Origin: an uncultured delta proteobacterium | GTDB taxonomy: Bacteria > Myxococcota > Kuafuiibacteriia > Kuafuiibacteriales > Kuafuiibacteriaceae | Reading direction: 5' to 3' | Assembly: GCA_963803435.1 (NCBI GenBank) | Contig: CAWDML010000001.1 | Location: 1,664,001 to 1,728,000 of the forward strand | DNA: 64,000 bases | Shown: piece after piece, positions 53,592 to 63,153 of the stretch | How positions within the stretch are numbered: the first letter of the stretch is position 1 | Layout of the letters: every line of letters starts with the position of its first letter | The notes under the pieces: generated by a model | Databases searched by the model: none | What the model was told of the DNA's origin: nothing | The model's input: the letters and a program-made list of their open reading frames with translations, nothing else | Position numbers and translations under genes: made by a program

Positions 53592-54071
53592 ATGTGTGGT
53601 TTCGTGCTCGGTATCCTGGCTCTCTTCGCGGTGATGAAGATCGCCCGATTGTCCCGTCACGGCGGGTGCGGCGGTGGCGGCGGTCGCTGGCGCGGACGCG
53701 GGCGCCGCGGCTGGGGTCATCGAGGAGGAGGATTCATGAGATGGCTGTTCGAGGATCTCGACACCACGCCCGGACAGGAGCGGAGCATCCGGGAGACGTT
53801 CGACTCGCTCCGGGAGCACGCGCGTGAGACCAAGGCCGAGTGGAAGAAGAGCGTCGACGATCTGGCTGCGGCCATCACCGCCGAGGAGCTCGACCACGAG
53901 AAGGTCGGGGAGGCCTGGGTGAAGCAGGACAAGGCGCTCGACGGGATCCGGCTGGCGGCCATGGAGGCGCTCGGCAAGATCCACGAGACGCTCGATCCCA
54001 GCCAGCGCGAACGCCTCGCCGAGCTGATTCGCCGCGGCGGATTCGGTAGGTGGCGCAGCACCGAGCTGTGA
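53592..54071 (+). CDS. Spy/CpxP-like (heavy-metal-sensor-like) protein with Gly/Arg-rich linker
   Basis: GGAGG RBS; TM segment; 'LDTTPGQE' and 'IHETLDPSQRERLA'. Confidence 0.75.
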   Translation: MCGFVLGILALFAVMKIARLSRHGGCGGGGGRWRGRGRRGWGHRGGGFMRWLFEDLDTTPGQERSIRETFDSLREHARETKAEWKKSVDDLAAAITAEELDHEKVGEAWVKQDKALDGIRLAAMEALGKIHETLDPSQRERLAELIRRGGFGRWRSTEL

Positions 54072-54090
54072 CGTGATAATGATGGCGTCG

Positions 54091-54768
54091 ATGACGGTTC
54101 GCGTGCTGTTGATCGACGACGACCGGCGTCTGTTCGACCTTCTGGGCACCTATCTGTCGCAGAACGGCTGCGAGGTGTCCCACGCGGCGGACGGACGCGC
54201 AGGTCTCGCCGAGGTCGAGCGCGACGTCTTCGACGTCATCCTCCTCGATCTGATGATGCCCGGCATCGATGGGCTCGAGGTCTGTCGCCGGATCCGGGCG
54301 AAGAGCTCCATTCCCTTGATCATGTTGACCGCAAAGGGCGACGAGACGGATCGGGTGGTCGGCCTGGAGATGGGCGCCGACGACTACATCGCGAAGCCGT
54401 TCGGGCCCCGGGAGCTCCTCGCCCGCATCCGGGCCGTGCTCCGGCGCGCGCAGCCGGAGGCGGTCGCCGAGAAGCTGGTGGCGCAGAACGTCGCGGTCGA
54501 CGTGGCGAAGCGTGAGGTCGCGGTCGACGGGAGCGCGATCGAGCTGACCGGCCTCGAGTTCGACGTGCTCCTCACCCTGATGCGGCGCGCCGGTCGAGTG
54601 GTGCCGCGGGAGTCGCTGATGTCCGAGGCGCGCGGAGACGTGGTGGTCGGACCGAGGACCGTCGACGTTCACATCTCTCATCTGCGGTCGAAGCTCGGCG
54701 ATGACCCGACCAAGCCGCACTTGATCAAGACCGTCCGCGGTGTCGGCTACATGCTGGTGAAAAATTGA
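54091..54768 (+). CDS. OmpR-family response regulator (CpxR-like)
   Basis: LLIDDD, LLDLMMPG, GADDYIAKPF, VDVHISHLRSKL, TVRGVGY. Confidence 0.95.
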   Translation: MTVRVLLIDDDRRLFDLLGTYLSQNGCEVSHAADGRAGLAEVERDVFDVILLDLMMPGIDGLEVCRRIRAKSSIPLIMLTAKGDETDRVVGLEMGADDYIAKPFGPRELLARIRAVLRRAQPEAVAEKLVAQNVAVDVAKREVAVDGSAIELTGLEFDVLLTLMRRAGRVVPRESLMSEARGDVVVGPRTVDVHISHLRSKLGDDPTKPHLIKTVRGVGYMLVKN

Positions 54769-55997
54769 GACGCCACCGAGGACACGCACCGCTGCATCGG
54801 AAGCTCTTCGTCTGGTTCGGGATGGCGATCCTGATGACCGTCCTGATCGGCGCCGCGGCGTTCGGCGTGACCGCGCACTTCTCCGAGTCGGACTGGAAGA
54901 AGGAGTTCATGCGGATCCAGACGCTGGCCTCGAACATGTTCGCGGCCGCCTGGAACGAACCCCAGCGACGGGACGAGCTCGCACAGATGGTGGCGCGGGA
55001 TCTCGAGGTCCACATCTCCGTCTACGACGCTCAGGACCACCTCCTGAGCGCCCACGGCCCCGAGTGCGATCGAAGCCAGTGGATCCTCCCGGTGAAGCAG
55101 AACGGCGATACGCTCGGGTTCCTCCACCTGTGCGCGCCCAGAACCCGCCCGAACCCCGTGCTCTTCTTCCTCCCGATCTTCGTCCTGGGCGCGATGCTCT
55201 GGGCCATGTCCCACAAGATCGCGCACCGGATCTCCTACCCGCTGCGCGAGGTGGCTCGCGTGGCCCGGGAGATCGGCGATGGCAACCTCGACGCCCGCCC
55301 CTGCCTGTATCACCACGCCTCGGGTGAGGTTCGGACGCTGACCACTGCCATCGACGACATGGCCACGCGCATCCGCAAGCAGCTCGATGATCAGCGGGTC
55401 TTGTTGGCGGCCGTATCGCACGAGCTGCGCACACCGCTCGGTCATCTGCGGATCCTCGCCGAGCTGGCGCGCGATCCGAACGCGGACCACGCCCGGATCG
55501 TCGACGACATCGAGGCCGAGGTGAAGGAGGTCGACGAGCTCGTGGGACAGCTCCTGGCTCAGGCCCGCCTCGACTTCTCGGAGCTCGAACGCAAGCCGTT
55601 CGACCCCGCCGACGCCGCCCGCCGGGCCCTCGAACGCAAGGGGATCCCGAGCGACAAGCTGGAGATCGCGGACGGCGAAGCGGCCAGCTCCGGAGATCCC
55701 ACGCTGATCGCACGCGCCCTCGCCAACCTGATCGATAACGCCGAGAAGCACGGTCGCGGGATGACGGTGCTGCGCGTCAGACGCGACGGCGCGCGGGTGG
55801 TGTTCGAGGTGGAGGACCGCGGCCCCGGTATCCCCGAAGGACAGCCCATCTTCGAGCTGTTCACCGCGGGCACGCGGGAGCACGGGAACCTGGGCCTCGG
55901 CCTGGCGCTGGTGCGGCGGATTGCCGAGGCCCACGGTGGGCGGGCGTTCGCCGAGAACCGGGCGGAGGGCGGCGCCAGGGTGGGCTTCACGATCTGA
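54765..55997 (+). CDS. HAMP sensor histidine kinase
   Basis: Two TM segments, VSHELRTPL, NLIDNA, DRGPG, GLGLAL; TTGA coupling. Confidence 0.93.
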   Translation: MRRHRGHAPLHRKLFVWFGMAILMTVLIGAAAFGVTAHFSESDWKKEFMRIQTLASNMFAAAWNEPQRRDELAQMVARDLEVHISVYDAQDHLLSAHGPECDRSQWILPVKQNGDTLGFLHLCAPRTRPNPVLFFLPIFVLGAMLWAMSHKIAHRISYPLREVARVAREIGDGNLDARPCLYHHASGEVRTLTTAIDDMATRIRKQLDDQRVLLAAVSHELRTPLGHLRILAELARDPNADHARIVDDIEAEVKEVDELVGQLLAQARLDFSELERKPFDPADAARRALERKGIPSDKLEIADGEAASSGDPTLIARALANLIDNAEKHGRGMTVLRVRRDGARVVFEVEDRGPGIPEGQPIFELFTAGTREHGNLGLGLALVRRIAEAHGGRAFAENRAEGGARVGFTI

Positions 55998-56001
55998 GGC
56001 G

Positions 56002-58836
56002 TCAGCCCGCGAGCGCCAGCGTGACCTCGGGGTCCACCGGCTTCACCAGATGGTGGTCGAAGCCTGCGGCCGCGGTCGCCGCCCGATGAGACTCCTGGCC
56101 GTAGCCGGTGATCGCCACCAGCTTGAGGTCCGCCGCGAACGGCATCTGCCGCAACCGGCGCGCCACCTCGAACCCGTCCATGACCGGGAGGCCGAGGTCC
56201 AGGAAGACCAGCTCGGGTGAGAACGTGGCGGCGCGCTCGAGGCCGCTGGGGCCGTCGAACGCGACCTCGACCGCGTGACCACGGGCGCGCAGGATCTCGG
56301 CGAGCATCTCGGCGGCGTCTCGGTTGTCGTCGACTACGAGGATCCGCCGCCTCGATCCCGGAATATCGACCCCGAGCCGCTCGGCACCGGGGCTCGAGAC
56401 GACGCGCGCCCCCCGCGCGCAGGGAAGCGTGAACGAAAACTCGCTGCCCCTTCCGAGGCCGGCGCTGTTCGCAGCGACGGCGCCGCCGTGCATCTCGATC
56501 AAGCTCTTCACGATCGCGAGGCCGAGGCCGAGCCCGCCCTGCGAGCGCTCGATCGTCCGCTCTCCCTGAGCGAACAGATCGAACACGACCGGGATCAGGT
56601 TGGGCGCGATCCCGATCCCGTCGTCCTTCACCGTCACGACCACGTCGCCCGCGCGCAAGCGAGCCGAGACCTCGATGTGGCCGCCCGCGTCGGTGTACTT
56701 GGCGGCGTTCGACAGCAAGTTCGAGACCGCCTGGGTGACGCGATGCTCGTCGACGTCGACCTGCAGCCCATCGCGCGGCACCAGGACGGCGAGGTGGTGC
56801 CGCCGCTCCTCGAGCAGCGGGCTCACCACCTCGATCGCCTTGTTCACGATCTGCGACATCTCGACGACGCTCTTGCGGAGCTCGACCTTCCCGCGGGTGA
56901 TCCGGGAGACGTCCAGCAAGTCGTCCACGAGTCGCGTCAGATGGTGAACCTGGCGTGTGATGACGTCGCGCTCCTTCTTGAGCGCAGTCGCGTCCCTCAG
57001 GCGCATCAGCTCCAGTGAGGTGAGAATCGGCGACAGCGGGTTCCTGAGCTCGTGTCCGAGCATCGCCAGAAACTCGTCCTTGGCTCGATTCGCCGCCTCG
57101 GCGGCCTCGCGGGCGCGGTACTCGTTGGTCAGATCCACGACCGCCCCCGGGAAGCGAACCGCCGTGCCGTCCTGGGCGCGCTCGACCCGACCTCGCGCAG
57201 AGATCCACCGGATCTCACCGCTCCGATCGCGCACCCGGTACTCGGCCTCGAACGCCTCACCCCGCTCGATCGTCTCCGCCATCGCCTCAGCGACGCGCGC
57301 CCGATCGTCCTCGTGGATCGCGCCCAGCAGCTCCGCAAGCGGGAGACCCGCGGTGCCGCGATCCGGATCGATGCCGTAGAGCTCGGCGAGGAGGCGATCG
57401 GCGACGACGCGATCGCGAGCCGGATCGTAGGTCCAGATCCCGATCGATCCCGCCGTCACCGCCGCTCGGAGCTGAGCCGTGCGCTCCGACTCGTACAGGA
57501 GGGAACGATCGAGGGCCTGTCCGCACTGCGAGGCGATCCGGGTCAGCCGATCCCGCTCCGCCCCATCGAAGGTTCGCGGCGCTCCGAAGCCCAGCACCAT
57601 CGCGCCCAGGAGACGACCGCGGCCGCTCAGCGGGAGGATGGCCCAGGACGACTGCGTCTCGAACCGCATCGAGGGCCCGTTTGGATAGCGTCGCTGGTAG
57701 TCCTCGACCGAGGAGACGAACACCGGCTGACGCGTGCGGAACGCGTCGGTGAGGGGCACGGGCTCGTCGAGCGAGATCTCCAGGTACTGCGGGAGCATCA
57801 CCTCCTCCGTACCGTTCCAGTGGTGGAGGCGGAGCACCTGGTCGGCCGGGTCCGCGAGGAAAACGCCGCCGGTGACCGCGCCGAGCGCCGGAAGGCCGAC
57901 GTCGACCGACGCGTGCAGCACGTCGTCCACCGTCACGGAGCGCGCCAGCGCTGCGATCAGCTTCGCGTTCGCCCGCAGCTCGCCGTCGATCGCCTCGATC
58001 GAGCGAACCAGGACGAAGATCACCGCGGCGAACGTCGCGATGAAGGCCACCGAGAGGACGGTGATGCCGGCACCCGTCCGGATGATCTGGACGTGCTCGA
58101 GCTCCAGCACCAACCAGCCGTAGACGACCGGCACGAAGATCGCGGCGATCAGGAGCCGACGCGCGAGGTAACTCGCCGTCCCCGTACCTGCCAGGACGCC
58201 GCCGACCCCGAAGTCGTCACGAAGCGCCAGCAACGCGCTGGCCAGGAGCACGAAGCCGGTCGCCGTGAACTGGGAGAGGCGGACGAACGGCATGGGGCGG
58301 TACAGCGACACCGTCTGGTACAGGTATCCGATCAGCGCGAGCAGGCCGATCGCCAGGGTCATGACGGCGAGCGCCTGGGCGGTCGTGGCGAGACGCCGGC
58401 GCTTCGACCGAACCATCAGGACGGTGGCGCCCGCCAGGACGAACCCAGCGCCGGCGTTGGGAGCCATTCGGTTGAAGAAGGGTGCGCTCTCGACGTTGTA
58501 CGGCTCGGTCGCGATCAGCTGATCGATCCCGAGGTCGACGCCGAGGGCGTACTCGAGCAGTGTGCCGATGCCGACCGCGATCGAGATCAGCGCCAGCAGC
58601 CGAGCGATGAAGGTAGCCCAGCGACGATCGAGCCCCGAAAGGATCACGCTGGTCGCCAAGAGCATCAAGCAGAGCGCCGTGTTGGTCTTCATCCACTTGG
58701 CCCCGAAGAGGCCGGCGTCGCGGGTCGGGATCATCCAGGCGGCGAAGAACACCAGCGCCATCGCAAAGACCGCCGCCGCGCTGACCGCAGCGAACCGGCG
58801 GGCTCGGGTCTGATGCGTCGATAGCAACCCGGCCAA
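56002..58836 (-). CDS. Hybrid sensor histidine kinase (multi-TM, GAF, PAS, HisKA, HATPase, REC)
   Basis: LGHELRNPL, NLLSNAAKYT, GGLGLGL, C-terminal receiver 'ILVVDDN...LDLGLP...KPV'; start uncertain. Confidence 0.93.
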   Translation of the reverse strand: MAGLLSTHQTRARRFAAVSAAAVFAMALVFFAAWMIPTRDAGLFGAKWMKTNTALCLMLLATSVILSGLDRRWATFIARLLALISIAVGIGTLLEYALGVDLGIDQLIATEPYNVESAPFFNRMAPNAGAGFVLAGATVLMVRSKRRRLATTAQALAVMTLAIGLLALIGYLYQTVSLYRPMPFVRLSQFTATGFVLLASALLALRDDFGVGGVLAGTGTASYLARRLLIAAIFVPVVYGWLVLELEHVQIIRTGAGITVLSVAFIATFAAVIFVLVRSIEAIDGELRANAKLIAALARSVTVDDVLHASVDVGLPALGAVTGGVFLADPADQVLRLHHWNGTEEVMLPQYLEISLDEPVPLTDAFRTRQPVFVSSVEDYQRRYPNGPSMRFETQSSWAILPLSGRGRLLGAMVLGFGAPRTFDGAERDRLTRIASQCGQALDRSLLYESERTAQLRAAVTAGSIGIWTYDPARDRVVADRLLAELYGIDPDRGTAGLPLAELLGAIHEDDRARVAEAMAETIERGEAFEAEYRVRDRSGEIRWISARGRVERAQDGTAVRFPGAVVDLTNEYRAREAAEAANRAKDEFLAMLGHELRNPLSPILTSLELMRLRDATALKKERDVITRQVHHLTRLVDDLLDVSRITRGKVELRKSVVEMSQIVNKAIEVVSPLLEERRHHLAVLVPRDGLQVDVDEHRVTQAVSNLLSNAAKYTDAGGHIEVSARLRAGDVVVTVKDDGIGIAPNLIPVVFDLFAQGERTIERSQGGLGLGLAIVKSLIEMHGGAVAANSAGLGRGSEFSFTLPCARGARVVSSPGAERLGVDIPGSRRRILVVDDNRDAAEMLAEILRARGHAVEVAFDGPSGLERAATFSPELVFLDLGLPVMDGFEVARRLRQMPFAADLKLVAITGYGQESHRAATAAAGFDHHLVKPVDPEVTLALAG

Positions 58837-58927
58837 TGTGCCACCGGTGCCCCACGAATCAACGGATTACTCGCCGAGGCGGATTGCCACGGGCCGCGAT
58901 CACGAAGGATCCAGCGGCTCGCTGAAT

Positions 58928-59842
58928 TCACGCGAAGAGGCGACGCGCGTTCTCATGGAGGATGAGATCGAGCGCGCGTCGTGAAAGACCCAACCCACGC
59001 AGCTTGTTGAGCTCCCGATCCCACGCGTACGGCAGGTTGGGAAAGTCGGTGCCGTACAAGATCCGCTCGGGGCGCAGCGAAAGCATCGACGACGGATCCT
59101 CGCCGGGAAGAAAGCCGCCGATCGCCATCGTGGTGTCGAGCCAGAGGTTGTCGTAGCGCTGGATCAGATCTGCGTACGCGTCGAACTCGTCGGCGCCGAG
59201 GTGAGGCACGACCACGGGCAATTGGGGAAACGCGATCAGCACGCGCTCGAGCCGGGCGGCGCTGCATAGCTCGTAGGGGTCGACCGGGTACGCAGGGCTC
59301 TTGGGTTCGCGCCCCGCATGGATCACGACGGGGCGGCCAGCCTCCTGACAGAGCGCATAGACCGGTCGGAGCGCGGGCGCGTCGGGCGGCATCGCCTGCA
59401 CGTGGCAGTGAAGCTTCAAACCGCGGAGCCCGACCGCGAAGCCCTCGTCGAGGATCCGCTCGGGATGGTCATCCTCCGGATGGACGGTCGCGACGCCGAC
59501 CACGCGCGAATCGAGCCGGGTCAGGTCGGCCATGAAGCGGTTGAGGTCGCGGGCGATGCCCGGCTTGTGCGCGTAGTGGAGCCCGACGATCCGCTCCACC
59601 CCCCGCGAGAGCAGGAACTCGATCGTCTGGACGGCGTCCAGCGGGTATCGCACCGGCCAGGCGTGCTTCACGAACCAGGCGCGAAGCGCGGCGAAGAGGC
59701 GGTCGGGAAAGAGGTGCACGTGGGCGTCGATCACCGGCGGGAGCTCGTCGGGGACGCGATCGCCCTCCTGGTCGTCGAGCCCCGCCAAGGGGACCGCCAG
59801 CATCCCGTCGCTGGAGGACGGCGTGCAGGGAGCCAGCGCCAT
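58928..59842 (-). CDS. Amidohydrolase family 2 protein
   Basis: IDAHVH, GLKLH, IHAG, PHLG, LYGTDFP. Confidence 0.9.
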   Translation of the reverse strand: MALAPCTPSSSDGMLAVPLAGLDDQEGDRVPDELPPVIDAHVHLFPDRLFAALRAWFVKHAWPVRYPLDAVQTIEFLLSRGVERIVGLHYAHKPGIARDLNRFMADLTRLDSRVVGVATVHPEDDHPERILDEGFAVGLRGLKLHCHVQAMPPDAPALRPVYALCQEAGRPVVIHAGREPKSPAYPVDPYELCSAARLERVLIAFPQLPVVVPHLGADEFDAYADLIQRYDNLWLDTTMAIGGFLPGEDPSSMLSLRPERILYGTDFPNLPYAWDRELNKLRGLGLSRRALDLILHENARRLFA

Positions 59843-59863
59843 GGCGCCGACCGTAGCACGGTC

Positions 59864-60307
59864 TCAGCGGTTTCGGCGGTGATGCACGCGGCTCGCGCCG
59901 CCGACCCCCGGGTCGAGCAACGACGCCGCGGTGACGGTCCCGGCGGGCGCCTTGGCCCCGAACGCCGGCGCCTGCTTCGACGCGCCGGAGCCGGACCACT
60001 TCGAAGCGGCCGCACGCAGCTGACGGCTTCGCGACTCGAGATCGAGCTGAGCCAGCACGCGGGCGTCCGAGGCGAGCACCGCGCGGAGATCCGAGGCGGC
60101 CCCCGGCGACCGAAGCTCGAGATCGAGCGCGCAAGCGAGCCGGAGGAGGTCATCCAGCGCCGGGCCCGGCTCCGAGGGGTGCGCGAAGAGCGCGTCGAGC
60201 AACGTCGCCAGCGCCTCGAAGCCTTCGGGGCCCCAGGCATAGCGATCCTCTCCGCTGGGATCGATGCGCAGGAACTCCAGCGCGAGATCCAGGATCGGAA
60301 ACGTCAT
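59864..60307 (-). CDS. Hypothetical protein
   Basis: ATGA coupled to the upstream gene; helical composition. Confidence 0.65.
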   Translation of the reverse strand: MTFPILDLALEFLRIDPSGEDRYAWGPEGFEALATLLDALFAHPSEPGPALDDLLRLACALDLELRSPGAASDLRAVLASDARVLAQLDLESRSRQLRAAASKWSGSGASKQAPAFGAKAPAGTVTAASLLDPGVGGASRVHHRRNR

Positions 60308-61113
60308 TTCCCGCCCCTCGCCAGATACTGCAGGCGGGCCAGCTCCCCGTTGCCGAGGGCGCCGCGCGGGTTGTTGTTGGCGTCCAGGAACTGCTGCATC
60401 GCCCGGGCCGTGTCCGGACCGAAGAAGCCGTCGGCGCCGTGCGTGCCGACGTCGTAGCCCGCGGCCTTCAGCATCTCCTGCATCTGCTTCACGCCCGGAC
60501 CCTTGTCACCTTCGCGGAAGTTGCGCGCGCCCGCCTCGACCTGATTGAGCTCGGGGCCCTCGCGGTACACCTTCTTGCCGCTCTTGGCGTAGCGATCGTT
60601 CGCGTCCTGCTGCTCGAGGAGCGTCTGGGCGCCCGGATCGCGCCGCACGATCTCGCCGGTCCCCGGATCGCGATGGACGCCCTTCTCGCCTTCGTTCTCG
60701 ACCGTGTTGTCGTTGCCGGCCTTCTCGACCAAGGTCTGTGCACCGGGATCGCGGCGGACGATCTCGCCGGTCCCCGGATCCCGATAGACGCCCTTCTCGC
60801 CTTCGTTCTGCACCAGCCGATCCGAGGGGATGTTGTCCCGCTCCGCCGCCAGCCGGCCCTTCTGCACTCCCGACACGGCATTGCGGATCGAGCTGCGTTC
60901 GGAGTCCGACAGCTGTCCGTCCTGCAGCGCCGAATCTCGCAGCCCCACCAGCTGTCTGATCGCGTCGTTGAATTGGTTCGCGCCCGGGCTGAACTGGTTC
61001 GGCAGCATCCGAAACGCGTTTTGATTCTGGGTGACGGCCCCGTCGAGCTGGGCCCGGTTGAAGTTACGATTGTCGAGCAGCGCTCTCTCTGCCTCTAAGC
61101 TGAGCGTCATCAT
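60304..61113 (-). CDS. Peptidoglycan-binding domain protein with internal 37-aa repeat
   Basis: C-terminal 'REGDKGPGVKQMQEMLKAAGY....ADGFFGPDTARAMQQF' (PG_binding_1-like); GGAGG RBS. Confidence 0.8.
   Translation of the reverse strand: MMTLSLEAERALLDNRNFNRAQLDGAVTQNQNAFRMLPNQFSPGANQFNDAIRQLVGLRDSALQDGQLSDSERSSIRNAVSGVQKGRLAAERDNIPSDRLVQNEGEKGVYRDPGTGEIVRRDPGAQTLVEKAGNDNTVENEGEKGVHRDPGTGEIVRRDPGAQTLLEQQDANDRYAKSGKKVYREGPELNQVEAGARNFREGDKGPGVKQMQEMLKAAGYDVGTHGADGFFGPDTARAMQQFLDANNNPRGALGNGELARLQYLARGGK
60623..60813 (-). repeat. Direct coding repeat, 111-nt period (2 copies)
   Basis: NEGEKGV(Y/H)RDPGTGEIVRRDPGAQTL twice; DNA copies at about 60623-60702 and 60734-60813. Confidence 0.9.
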
Positions 61114-61139
61114 TACCCTCCTGGTATCCGCTTGCCCTC

Positions 61140-61155
61140 AGCAGGCTTCGTGCCA
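61140..61155 (-). promoter_or_regulatory. Sigma54 (-24/-12) promoter
   Basis: Minus strand TGGCACGAAGCCTGCT, one mismatch from TGGCACGNNNNTTGCW, 26 nt upstream of the ATG. Confidence 0.7.
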
Positions 61156-61225
61156 TCGCGCTGATTCGTGCCTTCGGAGACCGTTCGGCCCCCAGGTCGA
61201 GGACTCGAGACCACACGCTGTGCTG

Positions 61226-63106
61226 TCAACGCACCGAGCCGGGCTTCGAGAGCACCAACGGCACGGCGTTGCCGCCGCACTCCACCCACGCGCCCAGCTC
61301 GAGGCTCTCGGAGAGCGTCGCCACCAGAAACGCGTCGCCCGCCGGTAGATGCGTCGGCATGCGTGCCACTGCCAGCATCTCGCGATCCGGCGAGGTCAGG
61401 TGCGTCGCTTCCCAGAATCCGACCACCATGTTCTGGGTGCTCCCCAACCGGATCGGGATCCGCGCTCGGGACGGGAGCTGCTGTCCCCGCTCGAACACCC
61501 AGCCTGTGAGCCCGCCGGGCATCATGATGCCGATACCCACGGACAGCGTGTCGAGGAGGACCGGCGACGCCAAATCTCCGACGCTCTTCGCCACCAGCGC
61601 GGCGCCGGTGGCCACCGCTGCGTCGCCGCCGGGATGGAGATAAGGCGTGTGACCCAGCGCCGCCGCGATCCGCTGGCCGACGAGCGGCATGTGCGACTGA
61701 CCGCCGACCAGGATCACGAGATCCAGGTTGCTCTTGTCGAAGCCGGCGCCGCTGAGCATGTCCTCGACGATCCCGATCGTCTTCTCGATCAACGGCGCCG
61801 TCAGTCGCTCCAGCTCGTCGCGCGTCAGCTCGTACTCGAGGTCGACCTCTTTGCCGCGGCGATCGAAGCCGATCATCGGCACGTGGATGCGGGTCTTGGG
61901 CTCCGCCGAGAGCGCGATCTTCGCGCTCTCGGCGGCGTTGAGGAATCGCTGGGCGACCACCGGCTCCTCGCGCACGTCGATGCGATGCTTCTGCTCGGCG
62001 ACCTGGACCAGCTTCTCCATCACGGCTCGATCCAGGTCGATGCCGCCCAGGAAGTTGTCGCCGGAGGTGGCTCGCGCGTCGAAGACGTCGTCCGTGATCT
62101 CGACGAGCGTCGCGTCGAACGAGCCGCCACCGAAGTCGTAGATCAGAACCCGATGGTTCATGCTGCGGCCAACGCCGAACGACAGCGCCGCCACCGTAGG
62201 CTCGTTCACCAGGCGCAGCACCTCCAGCCCGGCGCGACGGGCCGCCTCGTGAATGCTCCGGCGCTGCCCCGTCGAGAAGTGGGCCGGCACCGAGATGACA
62301 CAGCGCTTGATGTCCCGCTGCGTGATCGCGTGGGCCCGAGCCCGCACCTCGCCCAGGATGTCGGCGGCCACGTCGACGAACGAGACCGTGAGGTCGCCGA
62401 TGACCGCGCCGATCTCGCCGCGCGAGTCGGTCCCCATCCGAAAGGGGAAGCGCACGCGGTGCCGCGACACGAACTCGTTCCGCTCCGAGCGACCGATGAA
62501 GCGCTTCCACCCGAACACGGTCGTCAGCGGATCGGTCAGGATCATGTCGCGCGCGGTCCACCCCACCACCGGGTGCTGCATGTTCTTGTACGAGACGATC
62601 GAGGGGAGGATCGGTCCGCGCTGGCGCTCGCCGCGGATCACCGAGATCACCCGGCCGTCGGGACCAATGGCGACGCCCGCGGTGTTCGAGGTGCCGAGAT
62701 CGATACCGAGGACCCAGCGCTCGCTGTCGTCGGATACCGCGCGCGGCTCCGACAGCGCGCGTTGCGCGATCAGCTTGACGTACCGCTCGAGCGACTGGCG
62801 CGCCTTCTCCGGGATCTCGTCGAACCGGATCCCGATGCCAGCGGCGCGCCCATGGTGCCTGGCCATCGTTCGATCGACGGCGTGCACGACCGTGGCGTTG
62901 AACGCGAGCGCACCCTGCGTGAGCTGGATCCGAACGCCGATCTTGGTACCGATCGGCGGCGGCGTCTCCGTGCGAATGAACATCCCGCCCCGGGAGATGT
63001 TCTCGGTCCAGAGGGAGTGAAAGTCGTTGGGATCGGCGATGCTGATCTCGACCTGGCTCGCGCTGACGAACCTCGGTTCCCTCCTGATGGTGTTCTCCTC
63101 GGTCAC
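61226..63106 (-). CDS. PilZ-like (myxobacterial TIGR02266-like) domain fused to Hsp70-family ATPase
   Basis: RREPR...ENISRGGMFI (PilZ RxxxR and D/NxSxxG); GIDLGTSNT, VNEPTVAA, YDFGGGSFD, LVGGQS. Confidence 0.88.
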   Translation of the reverse strand: MTEENTIRREPRFVSASQVEISIADPNDFHSLWTENISRGGMFIRTETPPPIGTKIGVRIQLTQGALAFNATVVHAVDRTMARHHGRAAGIGIRFDEIPEKARQSLERYVKLIAQRALSEPRAVSDDSERWVLGIDLGTSNTAGVAIGPDGRVISVIRGERQRGPILPSIVSYKNMQHPVVGWTARDMILTDPLTTVFGWKRFIGRSERNEFVSRHRVRFPFRMGTDSRGEIGAVIGDLTVSFVDVAADILGEVRARAHAITQRDIKRCVISVPAHFSTGQRRSIHEAARRAGLEVLRLVNEPTVAALSFGVGRSMNHRVLIYDFGGGSFDATLVEITDDVFDARATSGDNFLGGIDLDRAVMEKLVQVAEQKHRIDVREEPVVAQRFLNAAESAKIALSAEPKTRIHVPMIGFDRRGKEVDLEYELTRDELERLTAPLIEKTIGIVEDMLSGAGFDKSNLDLVILVGGQSHMPLVGQRIAAALGHTPYLHPGGDAAVATGAALVAKSVGDLASPVLLDTLSVGIGIMMPGGLTGWVFERGQQLPSRARIPIRLGSTQNMVVGFWEATHLTSPDREMLAVARMPTHLPAGDAFLVATLSESLELGAWVECGGNAVPLVLSKPGSVR

Positions 63107-63153
63107 TAGGGTTCGAGGAGCATAGCCTTAGTCCGGTGGTCGATACAGGTAGG

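Noticed and set aside
58824-58860. TGGCAC upstream of the hybrid kinase as a sigma54 promoter
   Set aside because: GG-N10-GC spacing is not met.
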